A stretch of DNA of 55,899 nucleotides, the filler included, from Dirinaria sp. TL-2023a (Eukaryota), in the NCBI GenBank assembly GCA_051941275.1. It is 5 parts of 5 records of this genome, joined end to end, with 100 filler letters (N's around TTAATTAATTAA, not from the genome) between each part and the next. Parts side by side here need not be neighbours in the genome. Positions count along the whole stretch, not along the records: positions 33,629 to 44,721 come from JAVEBF010000878.1; positions 44,822 to 55,899 come from JAVEBF010000879.1; 3 more parts are not named here. One strand, given 5' to 3'. A program made the position numbers and the translations under genes. The notes beneath the pieces were generated by a model. The model did no database searches. It was not told the origin of the DNA and was given only the letters and a program-made list of their open reading frames with translations. Positions 36,330 through 47,864 of the stretch are shown here, piece by piece (the first letter of the stretch is position 1; every line of letters begins with the position of its first letter).

Positions 36330-38165
36330 TCATCGACCCAATCCATTAACGCCGGCCTTCTTACCCTCCTCCCACTCCGCAAACTCCTTCTGCAGCTGCT
36401 CCATCTCCTTGTGCAAGTGGGCGATTTGCGAGCTCTGGCTCTCAAGGATCTGGTATGCCGTTAGCTCCCATCCCCTGCCCGGAAAGCTGCTGTTACTCGA
36501 GCTAAAAAGAAAATCCCACATACCTCTTTACACCTCTTCATCACAGCCTCATCAATCCCCTGCCCACCCTGCTCAATCGACTGACCAGTCTGCTGCATAT
36601 CACGCTCTAATTGTCTCCCGCGTTCACGAATATTGACCATTCGAGCCCAGATCTCCTCCCCCCTACCGCTCAACGCAGGGTCAAACACCGTGTTCTCCAG
36701 CGTCATCAACTTTTTCCTCAGCTCCTCCTCGGTACTATCAAGCGCGTACCCCCGGTTCCGCAGCACCTGCGTCTTGGCGGCTAGGCTCAAGCATCTCCTA
36801 CTGAGCCGCAGATGCCGTCGCCGACATTCCACGGCACGCGTTGAAAATTCCAGATCGTGTCGCCTGAGTAATAGCGCCAAACCTTCTTTGATCTCCACCA
36901 GTCGCCCACCCAAGATTTGCAAATGCTCTCGTTGCCCCAATGCCCTCTTCCCGAGCTCAAAGAAGCCCCGCACTGCGACCGGGATCGTGTTCGGAGAAGG
37001 CTTGTTGCGGAGTGCTTCTTCCCATTTCGCTTCGTCATCGCGAGTGGTTGGACCGTAGAAAGGGGCAAGGTTGGGAGCTATGGCGTTGTAGAGGTAGGTT
37101 TGGAAGAGCGTATTGGGAGATTGGGGGTGCCACTTCAGGAAGGCGAGCTCCATCTGGTCCATCACAGACTTTTGCCCTGTAGCTATCACTTAGCCATGAC
37201 AACATGAAGAAGAATATGATGAGGTAGTGAAACCTACGTGGCTGAGGAGTTTGTTGGGGGGACAGTATGGACTGGCTGAGTCCACTTTGCTGCGCAGTTT
37301 GTGACTGCTGTTGTGTGCTTTGGCCTAGCGTTCCAAAGAGACTGGTACCTTGTTGCTGCCCTGACTGTGCTTGGTTTTGCTGGTTTGTGGTCTGACCAAA
37401 GCCTCCAAAGAGATTGCTACCTTGCTGTCCACTCTGTTGCTGGGTTTGCTGGCCAGTGTTGGACCCGAACAAACCGCTTCCGCCGCCCAGCAGCGTCGAC
37501 CCACCAAGGGCGCTTGTTCCGGACGACTGCTGCGCGTTACCTCCGAGACCGCCAAACGACGATCCACCAAGAGTACTCGTTCCGGACGACTGCTGCGCAT
37601 TGCCTCCGAGACCGCCAAACGACAATGCACCGAGAGTATTCGTTCCGGACGACTGCTGCGCATTGCCTCCGAGACCGCCAAACGACGATCCACCAAGAAG
37701 ACTCGTTCCAGACGACTGCTGCGTATTGTTGCCTCCAAGACCGCCAAACGACGATCCACCAAACGTATTCGCTCCGGATGACTGCTGCGTATTAGTGCCG
37801 AGCCCGGCAAACAGTCCCCCACTCTGCGGCTGCTGTTGCTGCTGCTGGCCCTGCTGTTGCGGAGGGCCAAAGATACCCCCACTGCCAAAGATGCCCCCTG
37901 TTGACTGCTGAGGCGATGCCGTGGGAGGAGCGAATAAGCCCGTCGTCGGCTTTGCGGGCGCGGGCGTTATCCGATCGAAGAGGCTGCCCCCGCTGGGAGC
38001 TGAGGTGGCCGGCGCCGAACTGCTGCTGGAAGATGCGGGTTGCCCGAAAGCGGAGCCGGTGTTGGTGTTCAGGGAGCCGAAAAGGTTGGGTTTCTGGGCT
38101 TGGTTATTGGTTGTTGTTGAGCTGAAGAGGTTGGAAGATTGCTGGGGTTGACTCGAAGCGAACAT
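36330..38165 (-). CDS. nup57: FG nucleoporin Nup57/Nup54 family (3 exons)
   Basis: FG/GLF-rich N-terminal ORF 37035-38165, then KW..FQTYLYN..WEEAL..IPVAVRGFFEL and QVLRNRGYALDSTEEELRKKL..GRGEEIWARM. The last exon ILESQSSQIAHL.. ends at 36330. Confidence 0.88.
37495..37790. repeat. Coding tandem repeat, 63-bp unit, about 4.5-5 copies, inside the nup57 FG region
   Basis: (G)GACGACTGCTGCG recurs at 37521, 37584, 37647 and 37710, with a variant at 37776. It encodes QQSSGTxxLGGSSFGGLGGNA. Confidence 0.9.
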
Positions 38166-38592
38166 CGTGATGCTTGGGAAGGGAATTCCTGCGGATTTGA
38201 TGAGTGGGGAGTTTTTTCAGTGAGCTGTCCGCGGATGCTTGAATCGAAGATCTGCTATTGATTCCTTACGAGTACCAAATCATGTGATCTGGCAATTCGG
38301 AGGAGGGGGGATTCAGCAAAGTGTCTTAAGCAATCGAAAACCCATCATACGAACAAATGGTTCCGAACTAATATTGTGTTGTTGGCGAGTTACCTACCGT
38401 AGTTTTATTGTTTGAGGCGCGTTCCGCGCGCAGCTCATCAGCCAATCAGAAATCGCCTATACAGCTTCGCTCAACTTCCCAACTTGGTAAGCTTCGACAA
38501 GAGGCCTGTCCGATTCAGCAATTACGATTGCCCTGTCATACAGCTCGAAAAGAGCAGACTCTCACGCATACTTGCTACAAACTCCTATCAGT

Positions 38593-39405
38593 ATGGCTGC
38601 TCGCCAGCCCAAGTAAGTTTCGACCTTAATTGTTTCCCCGGTGCCCCGACTAATTTCCATTCTACAGGTTCAACCAAAAAGTTCTGATCGATACAACCCC
38701 TCTTCCCGACTCGGTCCCTCCAGTCAAAGAAATTGGAGCTTCTTCCGCCCCGCTCCTCTCTGCGAGTTTCTTCATCGGTGATAGGTGCAGAGCGTTCAAT
38801 GATGATTTCATGCTATGCAAGACTCAGGCGCATGGGAAGGGCGAGATCGAATGCATGCGGGAGGGGAGGAAGGCTACCCGCTGTGCGGCCAGCGTGTGAG
38901 TTCACCGTCTTGGGTCCTCGATATAGAGAGAGACATTTGCGAGGGACGTGTCAGCCTCAATGAGGGGTTTGTCGAGGGGCATGGTTGCAGACCGAACAAA
39001 AAGATGAGGGGGGAATGACGGGATCCATAACGGAATCGAGAGAGCACGGAACATAGCAGTCCAGGATCTTGGGCTAATTCAGCTCCGGCGACAGGATTGA
39101 CGACATTAATAAATCTTGCCTCGAACAGTTTCGCGAGCACTGGCAATGCCTCGACGACAACAACCACCAGATGTGGCACTGCCGACCGCAAGAGTGGAAG
39201 CTCAACGGGTGTGTCTTTGACAAATTGGTAGGTGGGAACAGCTCGAGAAGGGGAAGTTTGGTGGAATATGGGCTAATTTGGAGTGCATCTATAGAGCTTG
39301 AAGAAGGAGATACCAGGGACGCCCAATGGAGAGACGCCGGTGCATTTAAGGAAGAGGCAGATCTATGCACATCGCGGTATTCCTCGTGAGGCGGAGCCTA
39401 GGTGA
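38593..39405 (+). CDS. NADH:ubiquinone oxidoreductase 20.8-kDa subunit (NDUFA8 family, CX9C), 4 exons, 163 aa
   Basis: Exons 38593-38612, 38668-38895, 39095-39227 and 39295-39405 splice in frame to MAARQPKFNQKVLIDTTPLPDSVPPVKEIGASSAPLLSASFFIGDRCRAFNDDFMLCK..ECMREGRKATRCAASVIDDINKSCLEQFREHWQCLDDNNHQMWHCRPQEWKLNGCVFDKL..TPVHLRKRQIYA. All introns are GT..CTAAT..AG. Confidence 0.93.
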
Positions 39406-40029
39406 ATGGGAATGGCTCAATTCTTTTGTTTGCATTTTTTTCTTCTTCTTTTTTTCTTTTTTTTTCTCTTTTTTTTTGAAAAGCTAAATGATCACGTAAA
39501 ACCAATGATGTGCAAGTGGCTGTAGTTCGAATCCCAGAATCTCGATCAATAGGCATCTAAGGATAGTAGCATGTTCAGTAAGCCATTTGCTAATTACAAT
39601 AAGCGACTTTTTCCGTCGAGAACGCTTGCTCAAATAGTCCCCATAACAGGACATCTCCATGTAGTGCAGTACCTGGATCATCACAACGCCACATCACCCG
39701 TCCCTGGATTCTTATCCGACTACGGTGTGAAGAGAAGGCGCCTAAACAGCAATATGTGCCACGCTGAGCTGATTTACACTGAGAATGGAATAAAATCCTT
39801 TTTTTTTTTGCATTGTGCCAATTTTCCTTCGCTTTTTACAAGTCCGGATGCATTGTAAGTCCAGAGTTTGAAGATGTTACCACGGCGTATCAACCGAATG
39901 CTACCGCTGCCACCTCAAGCAGCCAACAGTGTATTGTAGGAGTGTCGTTCGCGAGAAGGAACCGTGGGCGACTGGTGCCTGGGAGGGAGTAGACAAGGCT
40001 AATAAGGCCACAGCAAATAGTTTGCAGAA

Positions 40030-43000
40030 CTATCTGAGAGCCAGAAGCTCGCGCGTCTTTTTGGCTAGGTTGGGGATCCTCTTTAATGCTAAATCCCTTG
40101 GGTTAGTCTCGTTGATTTCCATGTACCCTCGCTCAAGTCGCTGCAGGATTACGTCGAGGATCTTTGGCGACACCTCAAAGATTTCAGGATCCTACCAGAT
40201 AATTAATTCGCGGCCATAGTATTCGGAGGAGTTGACTCACTCTAGGATCGATGTTGCGCAGAACAACTTCCAGCCAAGTCAGTCGTTCCATCGTACTTTC
40301 GTATAACGAAGCTGTCATTGCCGCGCCGACAGAGAGTGCAACCAGAGGTGCAAGCTGCTCCAGAAAACCCGGGTTGCAGTGGGCGAAGTAGGTGTTGTAG
40401 ATGCTTTCTTGCCGATTAGATTGCAGCCACTGCGCATTTTAGTACAATGGTGAGTGCAGAATGAAGGGTGTCACCTACTTGTATCATTGCTTCCTCATAG
40501 TGCCTTTCGGCCATCATGCGAGATATTGCGTTGAGCTCTGCCTGTTCAGGCGTCATCTGTTGGAGGGCGGAATGACTTGATTCCCGAGACGCTTCCTGTT
40601 GTCTTCTCGAAGTCTCCAGGATTGAATTGGCTTGACGATCTTGTGCCGCTTGGGACTGGAGCTTGAGAATTTCTTGCTGAAATTCCGATTGCGCGGCCGC
40701 CATCGTGTTGACAGTCTCGGATAGACGACGGACGAGCATGGTGAGATCATCAATCTTTGCACTGTCAATCTGTCTCTGCACATCTGCCTGGTGGAGCTGT
40801 TCCTTTACACGCTCCTGGGTTTCCACACTTGTCTTTTGGGCTACATTGAGCGCAAGATTCCTGAACGATGGAGTGATAGTGTTGTGCAAAGTCGAGATAA
40901 ACTCCTTCTCAACGTGGCCAGAGATTTTGTTGGTAATTTGATCGGAGAGAACACGGAGAACTTCAGGTTTTTGAAGCGAGCGGCTGACGGCTTCGGGTAG
41001 AGCAAGCTTCAGGTGAGCTGGAAGCGCATTTTGCAGCTGCTGAGTCAAGGCTGCTGCGAGCCTCTTATCTAGTGTAGTGGACATGACATCTGCTATGGCC
41101 GGGATGACAGAATCTTTGATATTCATTTGGATAATCCGGCTTAGTGCCTTATCAACGTTGTCTGATAATGTTGAGGAGACCAAACGAAGCATTGCATCCT
41201 GTTTAGCAGTGCCTGCTGCATCCTGAACGCGTTTATCATCATCAATACGGCGATACAGATTCTCCAGTTCTCGGCCGAGGACTCTATTGAACTCAGTCGA
41301 CACACCTATCTCGATCTTCTTGAGTTCTTTGTCAAGGAAGTCGCCGGATATCCCAATGTTGACGGACTCTCCATTTGCTATCGTCTGTGAACGACGCTCG
41401 GCTTGGGGGCTCACTCCACGTTGAGCTGTGTCGCCGTGTGAGTCAGAGGTGGGAGCAGCAAGGTTGGGCGTTTCGCCATGTGCTGGTTGAGTTTCAGCTG
41501 CAGCATTGCGCTTTTTCTTCTTCTTTTCCGCCTTCTCGGAGTGACCGCTGGATGTCAGTTCGGGAGCTGGTGGATCCTTTGGATCGGCTGGTGGAGCGAG
41601 ATTTGCGGTTGCTTCGGTCTCAATATTGCGGGTTCTGACTGGTGACGAAGCTGTACGCTGTGCCACGTCACCCTTCTTATTCTTGGATTTTGAATTCGTT
41701 TGATGAGCAGCAGATGGTCCATTATCTCCATTCATCGGAAGCACATCGCCGGACGGCCCTGGCTGTCGCAGCTCTCTAATAACCACGAGGCCTTCATTTT
41801 CTGCTTTTACCGGGTTTAGTACCCTGCTCTCATTTGACCAGCCGAGATCCTCCTTATTGAAACTGAGGGATATTACGCCCCTAGAATGCATCAAGTATAG
41901 CTCAAAAACATTAGAACTATCTTCCTCTGGCGGCTTTGTGGACTCATAATCCGATTGAAGCAAGTCCATACTTCGCATCAGACAGATGGTACGGAGTGAG
42001 TACTCACGGATACCGCTCATGATAGCCGTGACCGTTGGCCTTGGTAAGGATGGGTCGTGATTTGCCAATTTCTGTGCTAATTGAGCCTGAGACATTGCGG
42101 GAACTAATTCATATCTTGGAGCGGATAGATGTATGAAATACAGTGAGTTTCGCGTGGGATGTCCAAGCACTATGATCTGAGAGGACGGATGATACGCGAT
42201 GCTACAGATGGCATCCGTTTCCTGGTCATGAGGGAAATTCAACTCTTGTACCACCTTGTTGAGACACAAATCCCAGAGTTGCAGTGTGTGGTTCTGTTTC
42301 ATTCCAATCAGGACATAGCGCTGCGCTATGCCTTTCTGATAAGCTCGCAGTTTATCAACGAAGAGAATGGAGGTAGGCCACGACTTCTCGGAAGCTCGAA
42401 TGGTTGCAAAGCTGAGTACTGGAGTCTTGATATCGATTGTAGCAAGTTTAGATGCCGTAGCGTTGTCTTCAGTAACAAGGTCACGGATGTCCCAGATCTT
42501 TAGTTTGCCCGCTTTGTCCAGTGTTGCGATGACGGTATCATCTTCACTGAAAACGAAATCCTTGCTAGCCTTGCCCGTACTGATCTTCAAGGTGCGGTCT
42601 TGGAAGTAGTCATCTGTATCCAACTTGGACGATTCGCTAACGAACTTTGAAGCACGTGCATGCGATGGGAAGATAATGTGGATGGACTTGCCCCGACCAA
42701 TACCGAAGAATTCGGCATGGCGATTACTCTTCTTCGCACGGGTTTTGAGCTGACCGGTCGAGGGGCTCTCACCATGTGATCCCAAGGGTGGAACGATCAA
42801 GCCTTCTTTCTCCATGGCCTCTGCCTGAAAATCTGTTCGAGAGGGTTGCTCTCCCGGCTTGACCACTGTTGCCCAATAGACTGCACCGCTGATGCCCGTC
42901 GCGATGACATTTTGAGTACCGCGTAATGGGCTATGGTGTTGCGCGGTCGATATGCAGACATTGAAGATACGGTCGTGAGTGCTCTTGAAAATTTGCTGGT

Positions 43001-44721
43001 TATCACCGTTGTCTTGGCGAATAACCCTGATGCCTCCAGGTTTTGCGACGGCGGCGACGCCATATACGACGACATCGTTAGTAGCTGTGACCAGAGTTCG
43101 ATCGATCTGGTCGAAATCTTTCTTGAACTTAGCAACATCGATGAGAGTGTCATGGCGGATATCGACTTTAGGCAGGTCATTCAACCGAGTGATATCAATT
43201 GCAACGAAAGGCTTCATTGGGAATTGGTAGACAGGCACAACACGCTCGCCTTGCGCTCGAGAGTGAGAGTCCGTTGTTTCAGTCGTTTCGCTGTCAGGGG
43301 CAGGTCTATCCTGGGCGGCGTCGTCGATAATACCTTTCACGGCTTCGGCGACAGGCGTGGTCATCGACTCTTCCAGAAGGTTCTTGTTCTCCTCCTTGTC
43401 CAACTCTTTCTTGATTTCTACGGCTGTCTCGTGAGCGCTCTCCGCCATCGCTTCGATTGTTTGCTCTTGCGCTCTTTCGAGCTCTTCCTTCTTGATCTCT
43501 GCTTGTTTCTCCTTCTCTTCAGCATTTGCAAGGGCATTCTCGACCTCCTGATCCACCTTACTACCAACTTCGTTCAACGCCTCGGCCACTGTTTCAGGAT
43601 CGCGCGTTGGAGCTCCGATCCCCATCAAAGCTTCGACTGGGGTGCGCCCATCGACGACTGGAAGAGGCGCTGGAGACTCGATGCTTTGCAAGACATCGTG
43701 GCCGGAGGGTGTAAGCTTTCGCCTTAAGCTAGCAGAATCACGAGAGGGAGACGGCTCTTTTATCTTGCGTTTGTGAAAGTCCGGCGTGGGCGATTTTGCC
43801 TTGGTGTTGCGGGGAGAGGACGCAGCTAACTGCTCAAAAGGATTGACATAGGTGAATATTCCCTCCTTCTTGGGAGCAGGCTCGGCCTTAGGCGTTATCT
43901 GTGGCTCAAAAGGCGTAGGCGTGTCATCTTCCTTGTTCCCAAAGACTCGGATGGGGGAGTCCTTGCGATGAGACGACGGCACATCATACTGCCCTTGGCC
44001 TTCAGTCTCCACTTTGCCTTGAGATATGGAGCCAGCATGCGCGTCGTCCGAGTGCGGTTTGGGTGAGGACGCCTCTACTTCGCTGCCCGGGGCACTTGAG
44101 CGATTGAGGAGCTTCAGCAGAAATTCCTGGTGATTGGCCGAGGTTGATGGCCCCTGCGACCGGTGAGCCGAGGCCGAGGCCGAAGCCGGTGTCGTCGCCC
44201 TCGCCAAAGGCTTCGGTGTCGTCTCGCGGGGGCCTTCGCGCGGTGAGGGGGTAGAAGGCTTTCCCATAAACGAAGCTACAAGGTCCGAGGCAGAGATACC
44301 ACGACCATGGATGCTGTGTGCTCTCGCCGTGGGAGATAAATGGTCATAGCTCATCTGTGGGGCGCCGGCAGGATTGTGTTGGTGATGTTGCGGATGCAGG
44401 TGAGGTGATGTGTGTGCGTCAGGGCTTGCCTGACGCTGAGCTTGCTGGTGGGGTTGCGGAGAGGGTGAGGGTGCACTGAATTTCAGCAAGTTCAGTAAGC
44501 TGGCGGTGCGGTCTGCATTTGACGGATCGTCGGGTCGGGGAAGGGGATGATTGCTGGTGGTACGGGTGCTTTGGTTCGAACGAAAGGATTGATCGTTATC
44601 GCGAGGAGTTGGTAAGCCTGGAGACATGATCTCTGAAGGGGTAGGATCATTGATGAATGCCTGAGGCGGTGCTGGTGTTAACGAGGTTGGTGGGTGGTAC
44701 GAGTAAGGATAAGTGTAAGGG
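40030..44721 (-). CDS. Edc4/Pdc1-like decapping scaffold (low-complexity N-terminus, beta-propeller, C-terminal helical region), 5' end truncated by the contig end
   Basis: The frame of ORF 40416-44627 stays open to the contig end. It contains FTYVNPFEQL, VYQFPMKPFVAI, KKDFDQIDRTL, QLKTRAKKS and WD-like KLKIWD / HTLQLWD. Two 3' introns lead to WLQSNRQE.. and DPEIFEVSPKILD..LLALR* (stop at 40030). Confidence 0.72.
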
Positions 44722-44821
44722 NNNNNNNNNNNNNNNNNNNNNNNNNNNNNNNNNNNNNNNNNNNNTTAATTAATTAANNNNNNNNNNNNNNNNNNNNNNN
44801 NNNNNNNNNNNNNNNNNNNNN
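44722..44821. other. Artificial contig linker
   Basis: 44 N + TTAATTAATTAA + 44 N. Confidence 0.98.
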
Positions 44822-45162
44822 GAAAAAAAAAAAAAAAAAAAAAAAAGGAGAATTTCAATCTACGAGGGTAGGATCCTGAGAAGGCATGGTTGGTCGAGTA
44901 TCCCAGACTGAAATTTTCACAAAAAGAAAGAAAGAGAGAAAGCATTCGGTGAAGTATATATACAACGTCCGATAGATGGATTGGATGGACAAAAAAAGAA
45001 ATTGATTTATCGTTATGGTTTATGGGTTCATGGGTTCATTCCGATTCCGGATCCTTTCTCACGCTTGCAAGATCACGGCTTCCCACAAGGAGCACTGAGC
45101 AGAGCAGAGTTCAAATCGAAATCGAATTTAAATTCCCAATCATATCTATCTTTCCTATGCAT

Positions 45163-47034
45163 TCAAAAAAACCCATGCCCACTCTGCAACACGCTGCTAC
45201 TAGCCACGAAACTGAAGCCGCCGAAGGGATCATGACCTCCTCCTCCAGCCCCACCCCCACTACCACCACCCGGCAACAGCGGACTAAGCGGCAAACCCGT
45301 GAATTCCGCCGCGAAATTCTCCGCCAACTCCGGATCCGTGATGAGCGGTTTGATCGGGGGCTCGCATTCCCGACGTTCCAGGCGCTTCCAATCGATCTTG
45401 CGGAAAAACCGGTGCTGCTTGATGAGTTTCAGGTCGACGAGGCGCTTGCGGGGTTCCTTGCGCAGCAGGCGCGTGAGCAGGTCCTTGGCGTCCGGGCTCA
45501 GGAAATAGGGCAGCACGAGTTTCGATCTGAGGATCTTCTCTTTGGTTCTGGTTTCGTTGTTGGCGGCGAAGGGGGACGAGCCGGTCAGCAGGTCGAAGCC
45601 GAGGATGCCGAAGGACCACCAGTCGACCGCGGTGTCGTAGGCGGCGCGCTGCTGGATCACTTCGGGCGCCATGTACTCCACGGTGCCCGTCATGGAGCGG
45701 CAGCGGTAGTCGCCGTCGACGGCGACCTTGCTGAGCCCGAAGTCCGTCAGCAGCAGGTGGCCCTCCGAGTCGAGCAGGCAGTTCTCCGGCTTCAGGTCCC
45801 GGTACACGACGCCGATCGTCGTGTGCAGGTGCTCGAGCGCCAGCACCATCTCCGCCATGTAGAAGCTGGCCGTGTCCTCCGGGAACATGCGCTCCGTGAG
45901 CATGCGCGTGAAGAGCTCGCCGCCCTGCGCGTACTCGAGGATCAGGTAGAGCATCTCGTGGTCTTGGAAAGCGTAGTAGAGTTTCACCACGAACGGGTGC
46001 CGGTTGATGCTCTCCAGGATGGCGCGTTCGGTCTTGGTTTGTTCGACGAGTTGCTTGCGTACCGTGAGGGAAGCTTTGCGGAATTGCTTCTGGGCGTAGA
46101 GACGGCCGGTCGCCGCGTGCTTCACCAAGAGGACAGTGCCGTAGCTGCCTTTGCCAAGGCAACGGAGCGGCTCGAAGTCGCTTGCCGTCATCTTCCGGCT
46201 GATCTGATCGAGCATAGGGCCCCTGCCTGGTGCATTCTCTGCGTCTTTGGGTGCATCTGGGCTGGTGAAGTCGTGCTCGAGAGGAACTTCATAGCTGGTG
46301 ATTTGATTTGCATCCTCGTCGCTGTGACCTTCGGACGCCGCGCTCACACTGCTGGGCGTCTCTGTCCCGAGCTTGCTTTTGTGCCTCAGTAACGAAGGCT
46401 TTTGGAGACCGTTGTCGGCGTTGAGATTTTCTAGTTGTCGTGTCAAGGCGCTTACACTTCCACCTGGAGAAGAGCCTCGCCCTAGGCTGCTGGTGATGCT
46501 GAAAGATCGGGTGACGCTCAAGTCTCGCTTCTTGAAAACTTCCCCGCTTGAGAAGTCGGAATCCTCGTCGCATGATGTGCCGGGAGTGAGAACACTAGGG
46601 GAATGCAATGCTGCAAGGACACTCTTTTTCTGTGCTCTTTTCTTCCTTCGCGCGGCTTTGCCGCTAAGATTGACTGGCTTGAGCGTGTGATCAGCGATAT
46701 CAGTTGTCCTTCCTCTTGGCGTTGTAGATGCCGCTCCGATATCGATAGGCGGCGTGCTGCCCGTGGAAGTATACGCTGTGTGCGGCTGTTGAAGAGCTTC
46801 ACTCAAGCTACTCTTTCCTTTGGCTGCGCCACAAATTTGTCCTCCCATCGTCGTGCCTGTCGACGTTCCTTGCGTCGCATCCTGCGCAACAGCCTCGAAT
46901 GAGGCAAACTCTCGCTGCGCATCCTCATTTGTAGAGCGCTCCAGGACTGTCGTACCGTTGGTGTTGTCCGCATAGCGCTGCCCAGCTCCTGCGGTAGGTA
47001 GCCAAGACGCTTCGGGTTGTTCGAAAGCGAACAT
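45163..47034 (-). CDS. psk1: AGC-family Ser/Thr kinase, S6K-like (Psk1/Ypk3 type)
   Basis: GKGSYGTV, YAQKQFRKAS, YRDLKPEN, LTDFGLSK, GTVEYMAPE and AVDWWSFG, plus the AGC tail ITDPELAENF..FGGFSFVA. First ATG at 47034. Confidence 0.85.
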   Translation of the reverse strand: MFAFEQPEASWLPTAGAGQRYADNTNGTTVLERSTNEDAQREFASFEAVAQDATQGTSTGTTMGGQICGAAKGKSSLSEALQQPHTAYTSTGSTPPIDIGAASTTPRGRTTDIADHTLKPVNLSGKAARRKKRAQKKSVLAALHSPSVLTPGTSCDEDSDFSSGEVFKKRDLSVTRSFSITSSLGRGSSPGGSVSALTRQLENLNADNGLQKPSLLRHKSKLGTETPSSVSAASEGHSDEDANQITSYEVPLEHDFTSPDAPKDAENAPGRGPMLDQISRKMTASDFEPLRCLGKGSYGTVLLVKHAATGRLYAQKQFRKASLTVRKQLVEQTKTERAILESINRHPFVVKLYYAFQDHEMLYLILEYAQGGELFTRMLTERMFPEDTASFYMAEMVLALEHLHTTIGVVYRDLKPENCLLDSEGHLLLTDFGLSKVAVDGDYRCRSMTGTVEYMAPEVIQQRAAYDTAVDWWSFGILGFDLLTGSSPFAANNETRTKEKILRSKLVLPYFLSPDAKDLLTRLLRKEPRKRLVDLKLIKQHRFFRKIDWKRLERRECEPPIKPLITDPELAENFAAEFTGLPLSPLLPGGGSGGGAGGGGHDPFGGFSFVASSSVLQSGHGFF

Positions 47035-47864
47035 GGTCACCCGAGAAGATAATACCCAAGAGACTTTGATGGATGGGAGCTATCGTGTATTTAACGTTGA
47101 CTTGTGAGGAAACCAACTTCCTGGACAAACAGGTCAGCACGAATTCTGTGCCGGCGACGAAACTCCCTAATAATGGCAAGACTACCTTAGATGAGTTCCT
47201 CGATCCCGTAACAATGAGATTACCGTCCGCCCATTCAGGACGGACCATCCGCCAGTAGCCAGAGGACAGCGCAGACGCGAGAGTCGGTAAAGTTAGACAG
47301 GGCTATGTCGACGGGCCTCAGCTCTGGATTTACAGGAGCAAAAGGCAGAAGGGATCGAATGGGTATGCTCGAGCGTCCGAATAGACCCATAGATTGATTT
47401 TCTAGTGCTTTGAGATGAGGATTGGATGAGGATTTTGTAGGCCGAGAACCAGGTTGTTTGTGATGCGACAATAATACCTATTGTTCGGTTGGTGAAGTGT
47501 TTGATTGAACATGTGGAAGTCACATTTCCTTGTTCTCGGAACCCCTGGATGAGTCAGCTTCAGCCCTACGACATCTCCACGGTGAGATCAGGAGCAGGAG
47601 TAAGTGAACTCACCCAGTACCCACTCAATTACATGAAACAAGACCACTAGCTTGATATCATTTGGCGCATCCTCATCAGTTCAAACGAGTATGAAAGGTA
47701 GAGATCGCAGCGACAGATCAGTCAGCGCTCACTTTGCGACGCATGAGTTCTACAACGGGCATTGAGTACACTACATCTGGTCTCATTTGAGCTATCTGCT
47801 AAGCTAGAGCCTGAGAGCCTCTAGATGGTAGATGCCATAGATTTTCCGGCAGCTATGCTCTCCC

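Noticed and set aside
37495..37790. CRISPR-like repeat-spacer array
   Set aside because: Eukaryotic context, in-frame coding repeat inside a nucleoporin, no unique spacers and no cas genes.
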